Shown here one piece after another: positions 1-10,035 of a DNA stretch of 64,000 nt. The DNA is from Methanocella sp. (GTDB taxonomy: Archaea; Thermoproteota; Bathyarchaeia; Bathyarchaeales; Bathycorpusculaceae), in assembly GCA_050261115.1 (NCBI GenBank), contig JBLNCY010000006.1:32001-96000 (forward strand), in the 5' to 3' direction. The notes under the pieces are model-generated. The model ran no database searches. It saw only the letters and a list, made by a program, of their open reading frames with translations, and was not told the DNA's origin. A program made the position numbers and the translations under genes. Numbering within the stretch: the stretch's first letter is position 1; the number at the start of each line of letters is the position of its first letter.

Positions 1-112
1 GCTCCATACAGGTTATGCCTCTTTTATGCATAAAGCTTTTTGCTATAACAGGCGTTAGTTATACTTTAAATATTAAGAATTTATGAATTGTGACAGTTAG
101 GGTGATTGATGG

Positions 113-544
113 GTGCTTCATGAAAAGTCATGCGGTGCAGTGGTTTATGTTAACAATCAAGAGAAAACAAGGTATTTGCTACTGCACTATGCAGCGGGGC
201 ATTGGGATTTTGTGAAGGGCAATGTGGAGCTGGGCGAAACAGAGAAGCAGACTGTAACCCGAGAGTTGCAAGAGGAAACAACAATCACTCAAGCTCAGTT
301 CATTGACGGCTTTCGGGAATCCATCAATTACTTCTATCGTCGTCAGGGTTTAACTATCAATAAAGAAGTGGTTTTTTTCATAATTGAGTCCCAGACTGAT
401 AAGGTAGAGGTGTCCTTTGAGCACGTCGGCTTTGTCTGGCTTGATTATCAGCATGCCATGGACAAATTAACGTTTAGAAGCTCAAGGGATGTGCTGCAGA
501 AAGCACACGATTACCTACTAAAGAAAAGTTTAGTTAGAGATTAA
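113..544 (+). CDS. NUDIX hydrolase (Ap4A hydrolase-like)
   Basis: Nudix box GNVELGETEKQTVTRELQEET; HEKSCGAVV N-terminus; HWDFVKG. Confidence 0.85.
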   Translation: MLHEKSCGAVVYVNNQEKTRYLLLHYAAGHWDFVKGNVELGETEKQTVTRELQEETTITQAQFIDGFRESINYFYRRQGLTINKEVVFFIIESQTDKVEVSFEHVGFVWLDYQHAMDKLTFRSSRDVLQKAHDYLLKKSLVRD

Positions 545-557
545 AAGAAGAGATTGT

Positions 558-1805
558 TTATTTTACTATGCCGTATCCGATGAGTCTCCATCGGGCAGTG
601 ATTTTTCTGCTGATAGCAACCCGGCTACCGGGTAAGGCACAGATAGGTCTTGTTAGCTTAACCTTGACTTGGTTTTGTTTGATGTTTATGACTTTGCCGA
701 CGTTGACTGCTGCGCCTATGTGAAGTAAAAGAGCTTCATCGGGGTTGATTTTCTCTACCTTAAGTTGCTCTTTAGTCCCAACTACGCGTTCTAGCACATG
801 AGTTTCCATGGTGATCTCGTTTACGGTGGGAGGTAGTTTGCCGGTTTTTCCCACTACGCTGCCTGTTAGGCCGTCTGCTTTGGAGTATGATGGGTCAAGA
901 AGTGTGCCAACACCAATTAGGCCGCCGCATGTAGCTTCTTTAACTTGCTGGGCACCTGAATGTAAGCTTACAATTTCGCTAATGAGTGGGTCATAGACTG
1001 TTTTGCCTTCACGTTCGACCATGATGCCGGGGCGGATCTCGATTTCGTCACCAACGGCGAATTTGCCTTGAACAATGGTGCCGCCGATGATACCGCCTTC
1101 GAGGTCATCGATTGTTGTGCCTGGCTTGTTGATGTCAAAGGAGCGGATGATGTACATGAGTGGCGCAAGGTCAGGGTCGCGGTGGGGAGTGGGGATGAAG
1201 GTTTGGATGGCGTCTAGTAGGACATCGATGTTGATCATGCGTTGTGCAGAGATGGGGATTATTGGCGCGTTTTCTGCTACGGTGCCTTTGACGAAAGCTT
1301 TGATTTCTTTGTAGCTTTCGAGTGCGCGTTTCTGGTCGACGATATCGACTTTGTTTTGTACAATGATTATGTTTTTTACGCCTGATACTTCGGCTGCTGC
1401 GAGGTGCTCACGGGTTTGGGGTTGCGGGCAGGGCTCATCTGCTGCGATGACAAGAATGGCGCCGTCCATGATAGCTGCGCCGCTTAGCATGGTTGCCATT
1501 AAAGCTTCATGGCCAGGCGCGTCTACAAAGCTGATGGCTCGGACAAACTCTGCGGGGCTATCGCAGGCTTGGCAGACGGGGTAGATGGTATAGTTTCTGG
1601 GCGGGGGGCATTTGGGGCATTTGTAGATAGGCATGTCTGCGTAGCCTAGTTTGATGGTGATGCCGCGTTTTAGTTCTTCGCTGTGGCGTGAGGCCCATGT
1701 GCCGGTTAATGCTTGGACAAGGGTGGTTTTGCCGTGGTCAACATGACCTATGGTGCCTATGTTGACTTCTGGCTGTTTTGGTAGAGCCTTAATAGCGTTA
1801 CTCAT
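558..1805 (-). CDS. eif2g: Translation initiation factor aIF2 gamma subunit
   Basis: GHVDHGKTT, RGITIKLGY, zinc knuckle, DAPGHE, NKVD, C-terminal WRLIGYG. Confidence 0.97.
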   Translation of the reverse strand: MSNAIKALPKQPEVNIGTIGHVDHGKTTLVQALTGTWASRHSEELKRGITIKLGYADMPIYKCPKCPPPRNYTIYPVCQACDSPAEFVRAISFVDAPGHEALMATMLSGAAIMDGAILVIAADEPCPQPQTREHLAAAEVSGVKNIIIVQNKVDIVDQKRALESYKEIKAFVKGTVAENAPIIPISAQRMINIDVLLDAIQTFIPTPHRDPDLAPLMYIIRSFDINKPGTTIDDLEGGIIGGTIVQGKFAVGDEIEIRPGIMVEREGKTVYDPLISEIVSLHSGAQQVKEATCGGLIGVGTLLDPSYSKADGLTGSVVGKTGKLPPTVNEITMETHVLERVVGTKEQLKVEKINPDEALLLHIGAAVNVGKVINIKQNQVKVKLTRPICALPGSRVAISRKITARWRLIGYGIVK

Positions 1806-1896
1806 AGTATCTCTTCTTTGTGTGATAAGTACTTGGAGTGATAAAAGGAATTAATTATGGAGTTTATAAGTTTTAAGCATGCTCAGAGCTTAAAAA

Positions 1897-2307
1897 TTAA
1901 GCTTCTGCAGCAGCTTCTTCTTGCTTAGCAGCGGGTTTGGCTAATGGAGCGGCTCCAGCGGGTCTTTCCACGATTTTTAAGTTAATCTGGACGATCTCGT
2001 CTGTAATGATGTCGCCGCGGACGACTTTACGTTTGCGTTGGCCCTTCCTTTTGGGTTTGAAGCCTGTGCCGCCGCTTAGAACTACTGCTCTTCGGACACC
2101 GCCATGGACGTTTGATCTCATGGGGATGCCGTCTTTGTCAGATCCGCCTGTTACTTGGATTTTGTGAGCTGGTAAGTCAACTATTGCGCCGTCTAGGGTT
2201 TCGCCTATTTTTTTGCCGATGAATGGGCCTGCGCGTGCCTCTTCGAGCTCTACTACTTTGGATGCTCCCGATTGTGGATCGGAAACTATGACTTTGAACT
2301 TTGCCAT
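1897..2307 (-). CDS. rps6e: 30S ribosomal protein S6e
   Basis: TGGSDKDGIPM and RKRKVVRG motifs; adjacent to eif2g. Confidence 0.95.
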   Translation of the reverse strand: MAKFKVIVSDPQSGASKVVELEEARAGPFIGKKIGETLDGAIVDLPAHKIQVTGGSDKDGIPMRSNVHGGVRRAVVLSGGTGFKPKRKGQRKRKVVRGDIITDEIVQINLKIVERPAGAAPLAKPAAKQEEAAAEA

Positions 2308-2460
2308 TGAATCTTATCTCCAGCGCATATGAAGTTAAAAATCTCTCTATTAAGGATTTAGCCCGAAAACGATTTCAATCATCTTTTGAGGTGGTTTTCG
2401 GAATCACTTGACACCATCAGGGGTTAGTTCTGTTTTTACGTCTGCGCTTGTGACGATAGC

Positions 2461-2530
2461 GGCTTCTGTTGCTTTGCCATAGACTCCCCTCCCTTATATA
2501 TAGAACCAACCTTAGGTTGAACTCTACTTG
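2461..2530 (-). repeat. Dispersed intergenic element, copy A
   Basis: Minus strand reads TCAACCTAAGGTTGGTTCTATATATAAGGGAGGGGAGTCTATGGCAAAGCAACAGAAGCC; matches copies at ~22.2, 31.1 and 63.2 kb. Confidence 0.8.
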
Positions 2531-2651
2531 AGAAACGCACGCAGAATCCGCTATTCAGAGCAATGCTCCTAGCGTATAACAACTTTCAAGGCAGCACTCA
2601 TATAAAAAACAAAAGAAAGAGGGTAGCGAGGCGGGGCTCGCGTCTCTTGGT

Positions 2652-4091
2652 TTATTCGGTGTGGACTCGGTATAGGTCGATGTCTTCGCGCATTGTCGGT
2701 GTCAATTCGAGGAAGTCTCTGACTGCACGTTCAATGTCTTTGCTCTGTGTGACGTATCTGCCGACGATGAGGATGTCTGCGCCTTTCTCGAGTGCTTCTT
2801 TGGCTGTTTCTGGAACGATGCCGCCTGCGACTGCGATTAGGAATTTCTTGTTGGGGAACGCTTCACGGATGAGTTTTATGCGTTCAAGTCCGCTGCTTCG
2901 GCCGGTTTCTTGGTCGATGCCTCTGTGGAGTATGACGATGTCGGGTAACTCTTTAATTGACCTAAGTTTCGCCAAGACGTCGTCTACGTTTAGCATGTCG
3001 ACGACTGCGTAGATACCGAGGCGTCGGGCTTCTTGTATGGTTGCATCCAGGGTTTCTGCGGGGCCGATGCCTGCTGCTACAACTGCATCAGCGGTGTCTT
3101 CGTATGCTATGTCAACTTCGACTTTGCCTACATCGAGGGTTTTAAGGTCTGCGATGACGAATTTGTCTTTGGCCATGGCGCGGATGTCGTTTATAACGCG
3201 TGTACCATAGCGTTTGATCATTGGGGTACCGACTTCAAGGATGATTCGGTCGCTCCCAGGCAAGTTCTCGATGACTTTCTTTGCACCTTCAAGCGATGGT
3301 GCATCCAAGGCGATCTGGAGGTAAGGGGGTCGCCATAGGCGCGGAACTTTAAAGCCCATAATCGGGTGCTTTGCGCGGTCCTTGTCGTAGTTGACTTTGT
3401 CTATTGGCGGGTACTTCTTGATTGCACGTTGGAGCGCCATCTTGGTTGCGCCGTAGTTGTATTGGTAGATTTTACGGTAATCAGTTGCTTGAGGATGAAT
3501 GAACACGCTGGCGATGATTACCCATTCGTCGAGTTTTGCCGCTGGGATGACGCCTTCTTCGGCTGCATCGGCGATCGCTTTGGCGACTGCTGCCTGTGCG
3601 GGGCCAAAGATTTTGCCTGTATCCTCCATGTTTTTAACGGTTACTTTTGGCACGATTAAGGTGTGTGGCTTAGGCGGCAAGTTAGGACGCACAACGGCTA
3701 GCAGGGGGGTGTGTCCTGCGGATAGAGTGGTCAAGCCCATAGCGAATGCTTGACCGACTGGGCCGTTTTTGTCGCCTACCATGAGGTCAACATGGGCTAC
3801 CTCGTTACCTTCACCCACCAGGGATTCGCCGATGAGGTAAGTTGGGCTTGAAGCCTCGTTTGCGTCGTCAGTGGCTGTCGGCATTTTATCGACGATTTCT
3901 TTGAAGTCGACATTAAACTCTTTTAGCCACGAATAAAGTGTGTCTCTGTGAATATCCATTTCTTTTGCGGTACCGATGATTGTCGGTTTTGTCGGCTTAC
4001 CTTTTGAGCCGACCTCTTTTTTAGCCGCTTCTGTGAGCATTTTTATAAATTCTTCGCGTGAGACTGGTTTTTTAGCATCCATACCCGACAT
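2652..4091 (-). CDS. fae-hps: Bifunctional formaldehyde-activating enzyme / 3-hexulose-6-phosphate synthase with extra N-terminal HTH
   Basis: Fae motifs [34 protein letters not shown]; Hps motifs [26 protein letters not shown]; about 80 aa N-terminal extension with [19 protein letters not shown]. Confidence 0.9.
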   Translation of the reverse strand: MSGMDAKKPVSREEFIKMLTEAAKKEVGSKGKPTKPTIIGTAKEMDIHRDTLYSWLKEFNVDFKEIVDKMPTATDDANEASSPTYLIGESLVGEGNEVAHVDLMVGDKNGPVGQAFAMGLTTLSAGHTPLLAVVRPNLPPKPHTLIVPKVTVKNMEDTGKIFGPAQAAVAKAIADAAEEGVIPAAKLDEWVIIASVFIHPQATDYRKIYQYNYGATKMALQRAIKKYPPIDKVNYDKDRAKHPIMGFKVPRLWRPPYLQIALDAPSLEGAKKVIENLPGSDRIILEVGTPMIKRYGTRVINDIRAMAKDKFVIADLKTLDVGKVEVDIAYEDTADAVVAAGIGPAETLDATIQEARRLGIYAVVDMLNVDDVLAKLRSIKELPDIVILHRGIDQETGRSSGLERIKLIREAFPNKKFLIAVAGGIVPETAKEALEKGADILIVGRYVTQSKDIERAVRDFLELTPTMREDIDLYRVHTE

Positions 4092-4115
4092 ATATTAATC
4101 CTCAGTCGGTCCTTG

Positions 4116-4134
4116 TATCAGCGCTGATATATAA
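4116..4134 (-). promoter_or_regulatory. fae-hps promoter: TATA-like box plus 14-bp palindrome
   Basis: TATCAGCGCTGATA (4116-4129) is a perfect palindrome overlapping a minus-strand TTATATAT about 35-40 bp upstream of the ATG. Confidence 0.5.
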
Positions 4135-4296
4135 GACTGTCGGATGCCCAGTGGGAATATGTGTTAAGTACCTGCCATGTTTACGCGGATTTGTCGATTT
4201 AGCGTCTTTTTGTTTAGCGGGGTTCAGCAGAGCATGTTTGCTCTAAATCTTTATATCCCAATGGCCCGCATTGAATGCTAACTCACAGGGATCACC

Positions 4297-4527
4297 ATGT
4301 CAAAAATTGATTTGTTACTAGTCGCAGCGTTCATTTCAGGTCTTCTGCTTTTCCTCTACGGCGCCAACATATACAACGCCGTGGTGGGCTACAGCGGCAT
4401 CTATCTCTGCATTGGAGCCGTCGCCACATATATCATCATATACATCTACAAAGAACTCAAAAAAAGAGAATCCTGTGAGGTTCCCGCGCCAGCTCCAGAG
4501 CCAGCGTCACCTCAGACACAAGTTTAG
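4297..4527 (+). CDS. Small two-TM membrane protein
   Basis: Two hydrophobic helices and Pro-rich tail; TATA-like TTTATAT upstream. Confidence 0.65.
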   Translation: MSKIDLLLVAAFISGLLLFLYGANIYNAVVGYSGIYLCIGAVATYIIIYIYKELKKRESCEVPAPAPEPASPQTQV

Positions 4528-6107
4528 AAACCATAGAAGCTACTGTACTTCGTGTTTAAGTACCGAATAAACGGCGCCGAATCCAATTCTGATCCTGTTG
4601 CCTGCTTGATGAGGTCTTGGGGATCATAGAGGTTGCCTTTGAGGTGTATGTTCTCTTTTAGCCACAAATTAATCGCGGCTAGGTTTCCCTCTGCGAGTTG
4701 ACTGCGCCAATCCGGCAACGCCCCAGCCAATGCATCAATTATCATGCCATCATAGATGTTTCCCAATGCATAGCTGGGGAAGTAACCGTAGAGTCCACTT
4801 GCCCAATGCGTATCCTGCATAACACCCTCCGAATCGTCTTTAACTTCTACACCAAGGTACTCTTGGTATTTCTGGTTCCAAACCTGCGGCAACTCATCGA
4901 TTCCGATTCTGCCGGCAAATAGGTCGCGTTCAAGCTCGAAGCGTATGATTATGTGGATACTGTAGGTAACTTCGTCGGCTGCTATGCGGATTTTCGAGCG
5001 CCCAACCCGATTAATAGCCCTAACAAACGTGTTTAAGTCGAGGTTTGATAGGCTTGGCGCGATCTGCTGGGCCTTGGGTAGGAACCTGCCCCAGAACTCG
5101 GAGGAGCGTCCGATGATATTTTCGTAGAATCGGGATTGCGATTCGTGGACGCCGTAGCTGGCGGGGCTGCCCACGGGTTGATACATCCAGGCAGGGTTGA
5201 GGTTTTGCTCATAGATGGCATGCCCGGTCTCGTGTAGCACAGAGAAGATGGAGCTGGTGCAGTCTTGGGGGTAGTAGTGGGTGGTTATTCGTACGTCTTG
5301 GTAGTAGCCGCTTGTGAAGGGATGCTCAGTTTCATCCACTCGCCCCGCCGCGTCGGATGAGTTGGCGTCATAACCCAATGTTTGAGTAATTAGCTGGGTG
5401 AGTCTGCGTTGCTCCTCAACGGGGGCACAGGGCGGTTTTTTTGTTTGCGGCGGCTGAACTTTCTCGATTTTCTCAACAAGCGGCCTCAAACCCGCCAAGA
5501 GCTGTGTGAAGGTGGCGGTTATGGTTTGGGCAGACATTTGGGGTTCATAGTTGTCGATGAGCGCTTCATAGGGCGTCTTGGTCTGCTTGATTTTCATTAG
5601 GACCTCGGCTGCTTCCACAGTGAGGTCAAAGAGTTTTTGCAGGTCGGGTTTGAAGAGGCTATAATCTTTCTTTGCCTTGGCCTTTTTCCAGGCATCCACA
5701 GTTATGGCTTCCTGTTTAGCTAAGTCGCCCACGAGTTTCTCAGGTAGGGCGGTTTGCTCTAGATAGCTTTTGTTGATGAGGTAGATGTTGCGTTTCTCTA
5801 CTTGCCCCAGTACGGGGTACTCTGGGCTAGCCTGGATGGTTTGGAGAAGCTGGCCTATTTGGGGGTTTGTGGCCAGTTTATGGTTAAGGCGGCTCAGTAG
5901 GGCTAGTTGTTCGCTGCGTTGGTTTACCGCTCGAGGCGGCATCATGGTTTCCATGTCCCAGTGGAGGATACCCTGTGCCGTGGAGAGCACGATGGTTTCT
6001 TTGGTTTTTGCTAAAAGTTCCCTGTAAACTTGAGTTATGTCTGCTGTCAAGTGCTGTTCATCCCAGTTCTCAGAAGAATAGTCTGCTTTATTTACATTAA
6101 GTGCCAT
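4524..6107 (-). CDS. Carboxypeptidase, M32 (Taq) family
   Basis: HPF, DVRITT, HETGH zinc motif, HESQS, QDTHW, GYFPSYALG; true start may be slightly downstream. Confidence 0.93.
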   Translation of the reverse strand: MALNVNKADYSSENWDEQHLTADITQVYRELLAKTKETIVLSTAQGILHWDMETMMPPRAVNQRSEQLALLSRLNHKLATNPQIGQLLQTIQASPEYPVLGQVEKRNIYLINKSYLEQTALPEKLVGDLAKQEAITVDAWKKAKAKKDYSLFKPDLQKLFDLTVEAAEVLMKIKQTKTPYEALIDNYEPQMSAQTITATFTQLLAGLRPLVEKIEKVQPPQTKKPPCAPVEEQRRLTQLITQTLGYDANSSDAAGRVDETEHPFTSGYYQDVRITTHYYPQDCTSSIFSVLHETGHAIYEQNLNPAWMYQPVGSPASYGVHESQSRFYENIIGRSSEFWGRFLPKAQQIAPSLSNLDLNTFVRAINRVGRSKIRIAADEVTYSIHIIIRFELERDLFAGRIGIDELPQVWNQKYQEYLGVEVKDDSEGVMQDTHWASGLYGYFPSYALGNIYDGMIIDALAGALPDWRSQLAEGNLAAINLWLKENIHLKGNLYDPQDLIKQATGSELDSAPFIRYLNTKYSSFYGF

Positions 6108-6202
6108 AGCAGCGCTTTACTGTTACTGGGACAACGGAGGTACCTATGAGTTAGTGATGGCTTGCTTGCAAAACCTTTTATTCTCCTACCACTGAATTTC
6201 AG

Positions 6203-6892
6203 TTGAGGACTTTTGAATTGAGTTCTAATGCAGATACAAGTAAAATGATAGCGGCAATCGGCGCATTACTTCTATTCCTAACCATCATACCAGGAGCAGG
6301 CATAATTGGCATCATCCTACTTTTCATCGGGCTCAAAGGCTTATCAGACTACTACAGTGATCAAAGCATCGTTGGAAACGCATTCAAAGGCTTAATCTTT
6401 GGCATAATCGGCTCCATCGCAGCTACAGCGTTATCAGCAACAACCATATTCGGATTATTCACCATCGCCCCAGTTACTAACGGCATCTTGGCATTCTTGG
6501 GCACCATCGCATTAACCATCGTGATCTTGATTGTGGCATTCATATTCTACGTATTAATGGCCATGAACTTCAGACGAGCATTCAACACATTAGCCCAGCG
6601 TTCAGGCGAAAACATGTTCCGCACAGCAGGAACCCTCCTCTGGTGGGGAGCAATCCTAACAATCATATTCGTCGGCATAATTCTAGTCTGGATAGCCTGG
6701 CTAATCCTAGCGATCGCCTTCTTCTCAATGAAACTAGCGCCCACACAAGCCTACACACCACCATACCAAGCCCCTCCGCCACCACCCTCAGGCACAGCAG
6801 CAGCGACAAGATACTGCCCCAACTGCGGCGCCCCCGTAGACGCAAACGCCACCTTCTGCCCAAACTGCGGAAAACCGCTTCCGCCACCCTAA
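6203..6892 (+). CDS. DUF996-like membrane protein with C-terminal zinc ribbon
   Basis: Multiple TM helices, GLKGLSDYY, FRTAG; CPNCG...CPNCG; paralog at 48808-49419. Confidence 0.75.
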   Translation: MRTFELSSNADTSKMIAAIGALLLFLTIIPGAGIIGIILLFIGLKGLSDYYSDQSIVGNAFKGLIFGIIGSIAATALSATTIFGLFTIAPVTNGILAFLGTIALTIVILIVAFIFYVLMAMNFRRAFNTLAQRSGENMFRTAGTLLWWGAILTIIFVGIILVWIAWLILAIAFFSMKLAPTQAYTPPYQAPPPPPSGTAAATRYCPNCGAPVDANATFCPNCGKPLPPP

Positions 6893-7058
6893 CCTTTTCT
6901 TTTTATTTTTTGTAGCTACTCACCAGTAACCACATAGATTTATGAACAAAACAAACAGGCATTAAGTTGAAGTGTAAACCATGAACACCACACCATTTTT
7001 TCCCTGCAGATCAAATCCCCCCCGGGCACCCCCAGTCCCAAAAGAACCACTAGATACG

Positions 7059-7181
7059 ATGCCTAGGAGTAATCTTGTCTGTGAAATATGCGGAAAAGTC
7101 TTCAAGGTACATAGCGAGCTTGACAGACATAAAGAGAACGCTCACGGAACACCCGAGAAAACACACCTCACACGCCACTAA
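7059..7181 (+). CDS. Small C2H2 zinc-finger protein (~40 aa)
   Basis: MPRSNLVCEICGKVFKVHSELDRHKENAH fits C-x2-C-x3-F-x5-L-x2-H-x4-H. Confidence 0.6.
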   Translation: MPRSNLVCEICGKVFKVHSELDRHKENAHGTPEKTHLTRH

Positions 7182-7211
7182 ACACAACAAAATTTGTATA
7201 AAGGAGAGTAG

Positions 7212-7286
7212 TGCTCCGGCCGGGATTCGGACCCGGGTCACCGACTCGAAAGGCCGGTATACTTGACCGGACTATACTACCGGAGC
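7212..7286 (-). tRNA. tRNA-Glu (TTC)
   Basis: Acceptor GCTCCGG/CCGGAGC, anticodon arm CCGGC-CTTTCGA-GTCGG, T arm CCGGG-TCCGAAT-CCCGG; no intron, CCA not encoded. Confidence 0.93.
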
Positions 7287-7356
7287 ATGCAATAGTCCGA
7301 GGCACAAGCAAAATACAAACTCTTATGAATAAACCTTGCTCTTCCAGAGACAAAAA

Positions 7357-7896
7357 TTAGCTTTCAAGTTTCCTCTGCTTACCTTTTTTGGCGACCGTTT
7401 TGGGGGCAAACAGATGGCCCGTAATCTGGTCTACAAGCTTGGATTGGTTATTATAGGTCTCTTCAAGCTTCGCAACCCGCCTCTCTAGGTCGCTTGATAG
7501 GATACGGCCCTCGATGCGGTTTGAGCTACGAAACATTAGCATCATCTTGAAAATCTCTGAAATTGCCTTATCCTGATCTTGAGCTGAAGCAGGCTTGATG
7601 CCCGCGACGATGGAGAGCAAGTCGATGTAGTGCTCCTTGATTTTAAGCTCAGCAGTTAGGGAAGGATCGTTTGGGAACGCGATATTTAGGGGGGTTTTCT
7701 TTGCAAGCTCCGCTGCCGTGGGAAACCTTATAATAATGTCGCCGCGAATCCATGAGGAGACGAATTCATGCACAAACTGGCGGACCTGCTCCTTTGAGTA
7801 AAGCGCTGACGGCCCGGCTGGCTGTTGGGGTTCTTGCTTTCGCTTGATCCGCACGTTAATTATTTTTTTGTCATCTGCATTCACTGGATTAGACAT
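7357..7896 (-). CDS. Hypothetical protein
   Basis: 179 aa ORF with GAGGGGG RBS and C-terminal coiled coil; no family recognised. Confidence 0.65.
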   Translation of the reverse strand: MSNPVNADDKKIINVRIKRKQEPQQPAGPSALYSKEQVRQFVHEFVSSWIRGDIIIRFPTAAELAKKTPLNIAFPNDPSLTAELKIKEHYIDLLSIVAGIKPASAQDQDKAISEIFKMMLMFRSSNRIEGRILSSDLERRVAKLEETYNNQSKLVDQITGHLFAPKTVAKKGKQRKLES

Positions 7897-7971
7897 AATT
7901 CCCCCTCATGTACTTCTCTTATGTATATTCACCTAATCAAGCACTAGTATATAAAAAACACATGCCCTTGT

Positions 7972-9252
7972 CTAGAAAGAGATTTTTTCTGTGGAAGGTA
8001 TCTTTCCTAGCACTTTTGAGGTGGCTTTCTCGACTCTTGTGCGGTTCTCCGCATCTGTGTAGACGCGCAGTATGTTCATGAAGCCTTTAAGGGTCTCAAA
8101 AATCTTGGAGCTTTCACTTAACCGTTGAAGCTTCTTCTCCCCAGCGGGGCTCCGTGTAAAGACGGGAAGCTCAGTTGAACCCATCAAAACCGCATGATGG
8201 TAAGGCACAGAGGGCACCGTGGGCACATCGATAATAACAGCATCCAAACCAACGCCTGCCGCCTTAGCGATTTCCCCGCGGATCTTGTTGCGGTAGGATT
8301 CTTGCCTAAAAAGCTCAGAAATCATATCATCCTTTTCATAAAAGGTACGCTCATAGGCGCATTTGAGCATACGGCGGTTCTCAAGGTTATTTATGATTTC
8401 ATTGGAGGCACGGCACTTCCGCAGGGCACCCCAAATCGTGTAGTCATCTATTGCTAGATACTCCTCGGGAGTTTTGAATGAGGTTAAACGGAGTTCTTCA
8501 TTGGCTTTTTCCATGGCAGTAGAGAGCATAATCTGGGCAGCTCTCCCGACACGGTGGAAGTAGATACTCTTGAAAGACTCAATGCGGGCGATCACGAAGG
8601 CCTCAAGCGCCGACAAAGCCCCAAGCTCCACCGCAAGGTTTTCTCCCAAAAGGTCAAGGGCATGAATGAGCCGGTAAACATCGATGAAACCGTACTCGGC
8701 GCCAGTATGATACGTGTCACGGACGATGAAATCCATTTTGTCCACGTCTACAGCGCTGCTAATGATTTGGTCTAGGAACGCTCGGTCTTTGCGGTCGAGT
8801 TTTCCAACGGCTAGGGCAGCGATTTCTTTGGGGTTGTAGCCCATTTTTGCGAGTATGTCGGCGACTTCGCTTTTCTCTATTAGCCAGGATGTGATGTCTT
8901 CATGGGTCTTGTGTAATTCTTTTTGGAGTAGGTGCTCAAACACATGAGAGAAGGGTCCATGTCCGCAGTCATGCAGAAGCGCTGATATGCGGCACATATC
9001 GACTTCTTCACTACTGGCTACTTGGGAGATGTTAGGGTTTATGAGAACCTGCCCGGCCAAGTACATGACGCCTAGGCTGTGCTCAAAGCGGGTGTGATTG
9101 GCGCCGGGGTAGACGTATTCTGAGCCTGCCAATTGCCGTAGCCTTCGGAGGCGCTGCATGGGGTAGGTGTCGATTATGGCTTTTTCGTCCTCAGTAATGT
9201 ACACATAGCCGTGTACGGGATCTTTGATTTCTCCCCAGTAAACTTTAGGCAA
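7972..9252 (-). CDS. HD-domain phosphohydrolase (SAMHD1-like dNTPase family)
   Basis: DPVHG, QRLRRLRQL, HTRFEHSLG, LLHDCGHGPFSH, DVDKMD. Confidence 0.9.
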   Translation of the reverse strand: MPKVYWGEIKDPVHGYVYITEDEKAIIDTYPMQRLRRLRQLAGSEYVYPGANHTRFEHSLGVMYLAGQVLINPNISQVASSEEVDMCRISALLHDCGHGPFSHVFEHLLQKELHKTHEDITSWLIEKSEVADILAKMGYNPKEIAALAVGKLDRKDRAFLDQIISSAVDVDKMDFIVRDTYHTGAEYGFIDVYRLIHALDLLGENLAVELGALSALEAFVIARIESFKSIYFHRVGRAAQIMLSTAMEKANEELRLTSFKTPEEYLAIDDYTIWGALRKCRASNEIINNLENRRMLKCAYERTFYEKDDMISELFRQESYRNKIRGEIAKAAGVGLDAVIIDVPTVPSVPYHHAVLMGSTELPVFTRSPAGEKKLQRLSESSKIFETLKGFMNILRVYTDAENRTRVEKATSKVLGKIPSTEKISF

Positions 9253-9332
9253 GAGGCATCACCGTTTGGATGGTTTATTATTTAGGTAAGTCCCTATAAT
9301 GTGTAGCGCTAAGCACACTTGGCTGTGATTGT

Positions 9333-9941
9333 ATGATAAAAAAGGGACTATTTATTGTGATTGAAGGGTTAGATGGCAGCGGCAAAACCACACAGGCAGC
9401 ACTCATAGCAGAAAAACTCGCGAAAAACCATAACGTTCTCTTAACAGCTGAGCCTAGCAAAGGCAAAACGGGGACCTTTATCCGCGAATGCTGCCTCTAT
9501 GGCGATAAGCGTTTGCCTATCGAAGCCGAAGCACTACTGTTCGCGGCAGACCGCATCGAGCACATGTACAGCGAAGTAAAACCCGCGCTAGACGAGGGAA
9601 AAATTGTTATCTGTGACCGCTACATCTACTCTTCATTGGCCTATCAGGGCAATTCGGGGCTAAGTTTGGATTGGATAAAGACCATTAACGCCCGCGCGTT
9701 GCAGCCTGATATCTGCCTTTTTATCGATGTGCCGCCTGAAAAAGTCATTAAGCGACTGCAGCGTAAGAGGTCAGTTATGGAGACGCTGGAGACTCAGCGG
9801 AAGGTCAGGGAGGTCTACTTGAAGTATGTGGAGAAGGGCGAGCTTGTTAGGGTTGATGGAGATAAAGCAGTGGAGCTGGTCGCTGAGGAGCTGTTTAGGG
9901 TTGTTTGGGGTTTGATTGAAGCAGCCCAAAAATATGTCTAA
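9333..9941 (+). CDS. tmk: Thymidylate kinase
   Basis: IEGLDGSGKTT, LLFAADR, CDRYIYSSLAYQ. Confidence 0.95.
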   Translation: MIKKGLFIVIEGLDGSGKTTQAALIAEKLAKNHNVLLTAEPSKGKTGTFIRECCLYGDKRLPIEAEALLFAADRIEHMYSEVKPALDEGKIVICDRYIYSSLAYQGNSGLSLDWIKTINARALQPDICLFIDVPPEKVIKRLQRKRSVMETLETQRKVREVYLKYVEKGELVRVDGDKAVELVAEELFRVVWGLIEAAQKYV

Positions 9942-10035
9942 AAAGGGAAGTTGATGGGCTTTGTTAGACCAATACTGAATGTAGGATTGACGGCTACCTA
10001 TTTGCTTAAAAATAAAAATTAAAAGCAGAGGTTGG

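Noticed and set aside
2436-2480. MAKQQ micro-peptide encoded by the dispersed element
   Set aside because: The start codon is not conserved (ATG, TTG, TCG, TGG) and downstream frames diverge.
6203-7896. Integrated element at tRNA-Glu
   Set aside because: No integrase and no duplicated tRNA 3' end seen in the window.
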